A stretch of 64,000 bases of DNA from Klebsormidium nitens (taxonomy: Eukaryota > Plantae > Klebsormidiophyceae). Under the pieces are notes generated by a model, which was not told where the DNA came from, did no database searches, and saw only the letters and a program-made list of their open reading frames with translations. Within the stretch, counting starts at the first letter, position 1, and each line of letters begins with the position of its first letter. The DNA is taken from positions 1 to 64,000 of the forward strand of contig DF237265.1 in the NCBI GenBank assembly GCA_000708835.1. The letters are read 5' to 3'. Of this stretch, positions 61,501 to 64,000 are shown one piece after another. The position numbers and the translations under genes are program-made.

Positions 61501-64000
61501 CGAATACTCCGGGTCTCCGGCCTTGACAATGCTCTGCGCGGCATGATGACTGATACTTGCAAGCAGGATTATCTCGTCCACGTGTCTGACTGGAGCGTCA
61601 AACGCTGCAGCTTTCGGAGATGAGCAAGGAGGAGATTGAGGCCAAGGTGGCGGCTATCCTCCAGCCAGAGACGGTCGCCAAACTTAAGAGCTCCGTCTGG
61701 AAGGAGCGCGTGCAAGGTAAGCCTCCCGGCACGGCCGTTGTTTCTCGTCTTGCATTTCAACCAGCGTTGCAGGTGGTCCCACTTTGTTGCGCAGCACCAG
61801 ACAGCGACCCTTCGGGTTGCTCGCTTCTTGACGTGTTGCAGAAAGCAGTCTGCCAATAAATCTATTTTGTAAGATTCGCCTGTTGAGTGCTTAGAAAAGT
61901 GGGTGGTTAAAACTGTCGGGTTGTGCAACCGCAGGTGTGGAGGAGGTCGCAGCGGTAGTGGCGAACCTGAAAGAGGGCGTGCAAGAACACGCCGAGCTGC
62001 TTCTTCGGCTGCTCGCTCTGACACCCGGCTGGAAGGAGTCCAACGCCCAGGTACTTTCTTTTGCTCCGTTTTGCATGGCCTCTGCGTACCGTTATAGGTG
62101 CTCAAGGACAACGTCACCCTTTAGCTGATCTCTGCAAGTCTCGGATTGTCAGGGTCTGCATGCTGGGATTGTGGTCGTTCGTATCGTGGACTCTCATGTA
62201 CGAGTCTGCAAGGTTGTCCGATGTCCTCACAGCTTCTGTCAACATTGCAGGCTCTGCAAAAGACCTTCGACGTGGCCGCCAGCATTGCCAGCGCCTCGCC
62301 TCAGTTTCCTAAGAGAGGCGTCGTCATTTGCATGCCAGGTGTGCTGTTTTTCACGACATCCTTTTGTCGCCTTCACCACATCCTTGCCGTGTAGAGCTTG
62401 CGGCGATTCGCTCTGCCGTCTTACCTATACGTTCGTGGCTGCATCAACGTCCGTGCTCGTGTTCAGAAGAATCGAGAGCAAAACGGACGTTTATTGATTA
62501 GATACGAGCGCAGGTCGAGTAGGTTCCGAGCTCGAGGTCCTCTTCTGATGAGAAATTTGCGAGTAAGTCTCCAAGGTGCCGCTCGTTGCTCCCGCTGTCT
62601 AGATGACGTCTTCGAAAGATTGTCACCCACCGTTGCTTGTATCCCAATCACAAGTCCCGTCGTCCAGGTCTCGTTGACAAGATCGGGGATGCGAAGATGG
62701 GAGGGCAGGTGAAGGGCTGCCTCACAGCCTTCTGTGAGGCGGTCGGGCCGCAGTTCGTCTTTTCGAGGGTAAGCTCACCTGCTCGCTCCTTAACACAGGC
62801 TGATGTCCCAGGTCTTCATCGTCACTCGTGGTCTCATGGAGGCTTGGGAGCCTGCGAGCTCTCTGCTTTGTCCGTGTCATGTTCATTCTCGGTACTGGGA
62901 GGACTTCTTGTTCAGGACTGTTGATTTTACCTTTCGCAGCTGTACAAGCCCATCGCTGGCCACACGAACCAAAAGAACTTCGGGCAGGCCCTTGAGTGGA
63001 TGGGCACCGCCATCGAAGACTTTGGCGTGGGGATGCTCAACCTCAAGGTAAGATAAGCAAGTTTTGTAAGAGTTTCTCTTCGAGCCCTCTCTAGACTTTC
63101 TGACCTTGCAAGCTTTCGTGGTTGGAAGCTATGGCCTTCCTCTTCCTGTTGGTGCAGGTCACTATGCTGCTTTTGACACGGAAGCCTCACTGGACGTTCA
63201 TTAATGATGGAACTGACGACCAGTCTCGCGCTCGTTGCAGGATCTTTTGGACTTCTGCAAAGCGGGGCTGGATTCGCCAAACAACGCTGTGAGGACGTCC
63301 GCAACCAAGCTACTCGGAACCATACACAAATACAAAGGCCCTGGTAAGTCATCCGCTGGCTGCTTCTGCCACGCCGAAAAGAATGTCAAGGAATGAATAG
63401 CTTCAGCAAAATTCCAAGCTTCGAGGACGCTGTATGTGGCCGCTGCGCTTGATGCTGCATTTGTCTTTCTTTATGTTTCCGTTTCGCAGAACTGGCGGAT
63501 CGAAGCTTTTGCAGGATGTTCGAGATCAGAAAGAGCTTTGTGTGATGTGACTCTGGTTTGTTGCAGACATCAAGAGCGCTCTGGGCGATGTGAAGCCGGC
63601 TCTCATGTCCGCTGTGGAGGCCGAATTCACGAGGAACCCTTATGAGGTAATCAAGTTGCCTTTATGACTGATTTCCTTCATCTTTCGTCATCATACGCGG
63701 TAAGCCTATGTGCAACCCCATGAATGCGGTGGCCACCATCAGGTCTTCTTTTCCAGCTTTGGGCTTTCTTGCTTCAAAAGGTGAGCCCTTGTGGTCGGTT
63801 CGCGCTGCGCTGTGCATACGTGTTGTGTAAAAAGCACTTCGCTTTGACATGGTATTTGCAAGACTAGAGAGGTCTGGCTCTGAGCCATCCCTCTGAACGC
63901 TTCGTGTTGCGGAACGAGATTCGCAGGGATGAATTGACGTGTCTGCTGACGGCTTCCATCTGCTGCAGGGCCCTGCTGCTGCGCCCAAACGGCAAGTCAA
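55550..64000 (+). CDS. MOR1: XMAP215/TOG-family microtubule polymerase MOR1/GEM1, N-terminal part (runs off the window end)
   Basis: Exon 55550-55712 (MAENEEAILKDAKKLPLEDRLAHKHWKAR), 56376-56481, 56661-56784 (KCFTGRPKT), and later TOG/HEAT exons (KELEAEL, KKWSDKKD, LKSSVWKER, KIGDAKM, LGDVKPAL). No stop codon before 64000. Confidence 0.95.

Overview
Eukaryotic, intron-rich nuclear DNA. Gene content (RAD16, NHX5/6, MOR1, PBF1) and splice signals point to a streptophyte green alga; Klebsormidium-like is my inference, not verified. Most six-frame ORFs are antisense or intron-read-through shadows, so I spliced the gene models by hand using GT/GC-AG signals and frame continuity. Left end: a decayed Ty3/gypsy remnant (integrase tail plus PHD finger, PPT, 507-bp LTR, antisense gag-like zinc knuckle), a 20-N assembly gap, and the 3' end of a LINE. 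Then eight protein genes: RAD16-like helicase (-), a roughly 900-aa mitochondrial bS18-domain protein (-), a signal-peptide SET/LSMT methyltransferase (+), a beta-helix+MYND protein (-), proteasome PBF1 (+), an intronless bacterial-type O-methyltransferase (+), endosomal NHX5/6 (-) and MOR1 (+, runs off the window). A Mutator-like MITE sits in the S18/SET divergent promoter, and a cob NUMT sits in NHX intron 1. The strongest finding is a pair of 98-nt mutually exclusive exons in NHX, with a branch point only 17 nt from the upstream donor, which suggests steric exclusion. No rRNA, tRNA or CRISPR was recognised.
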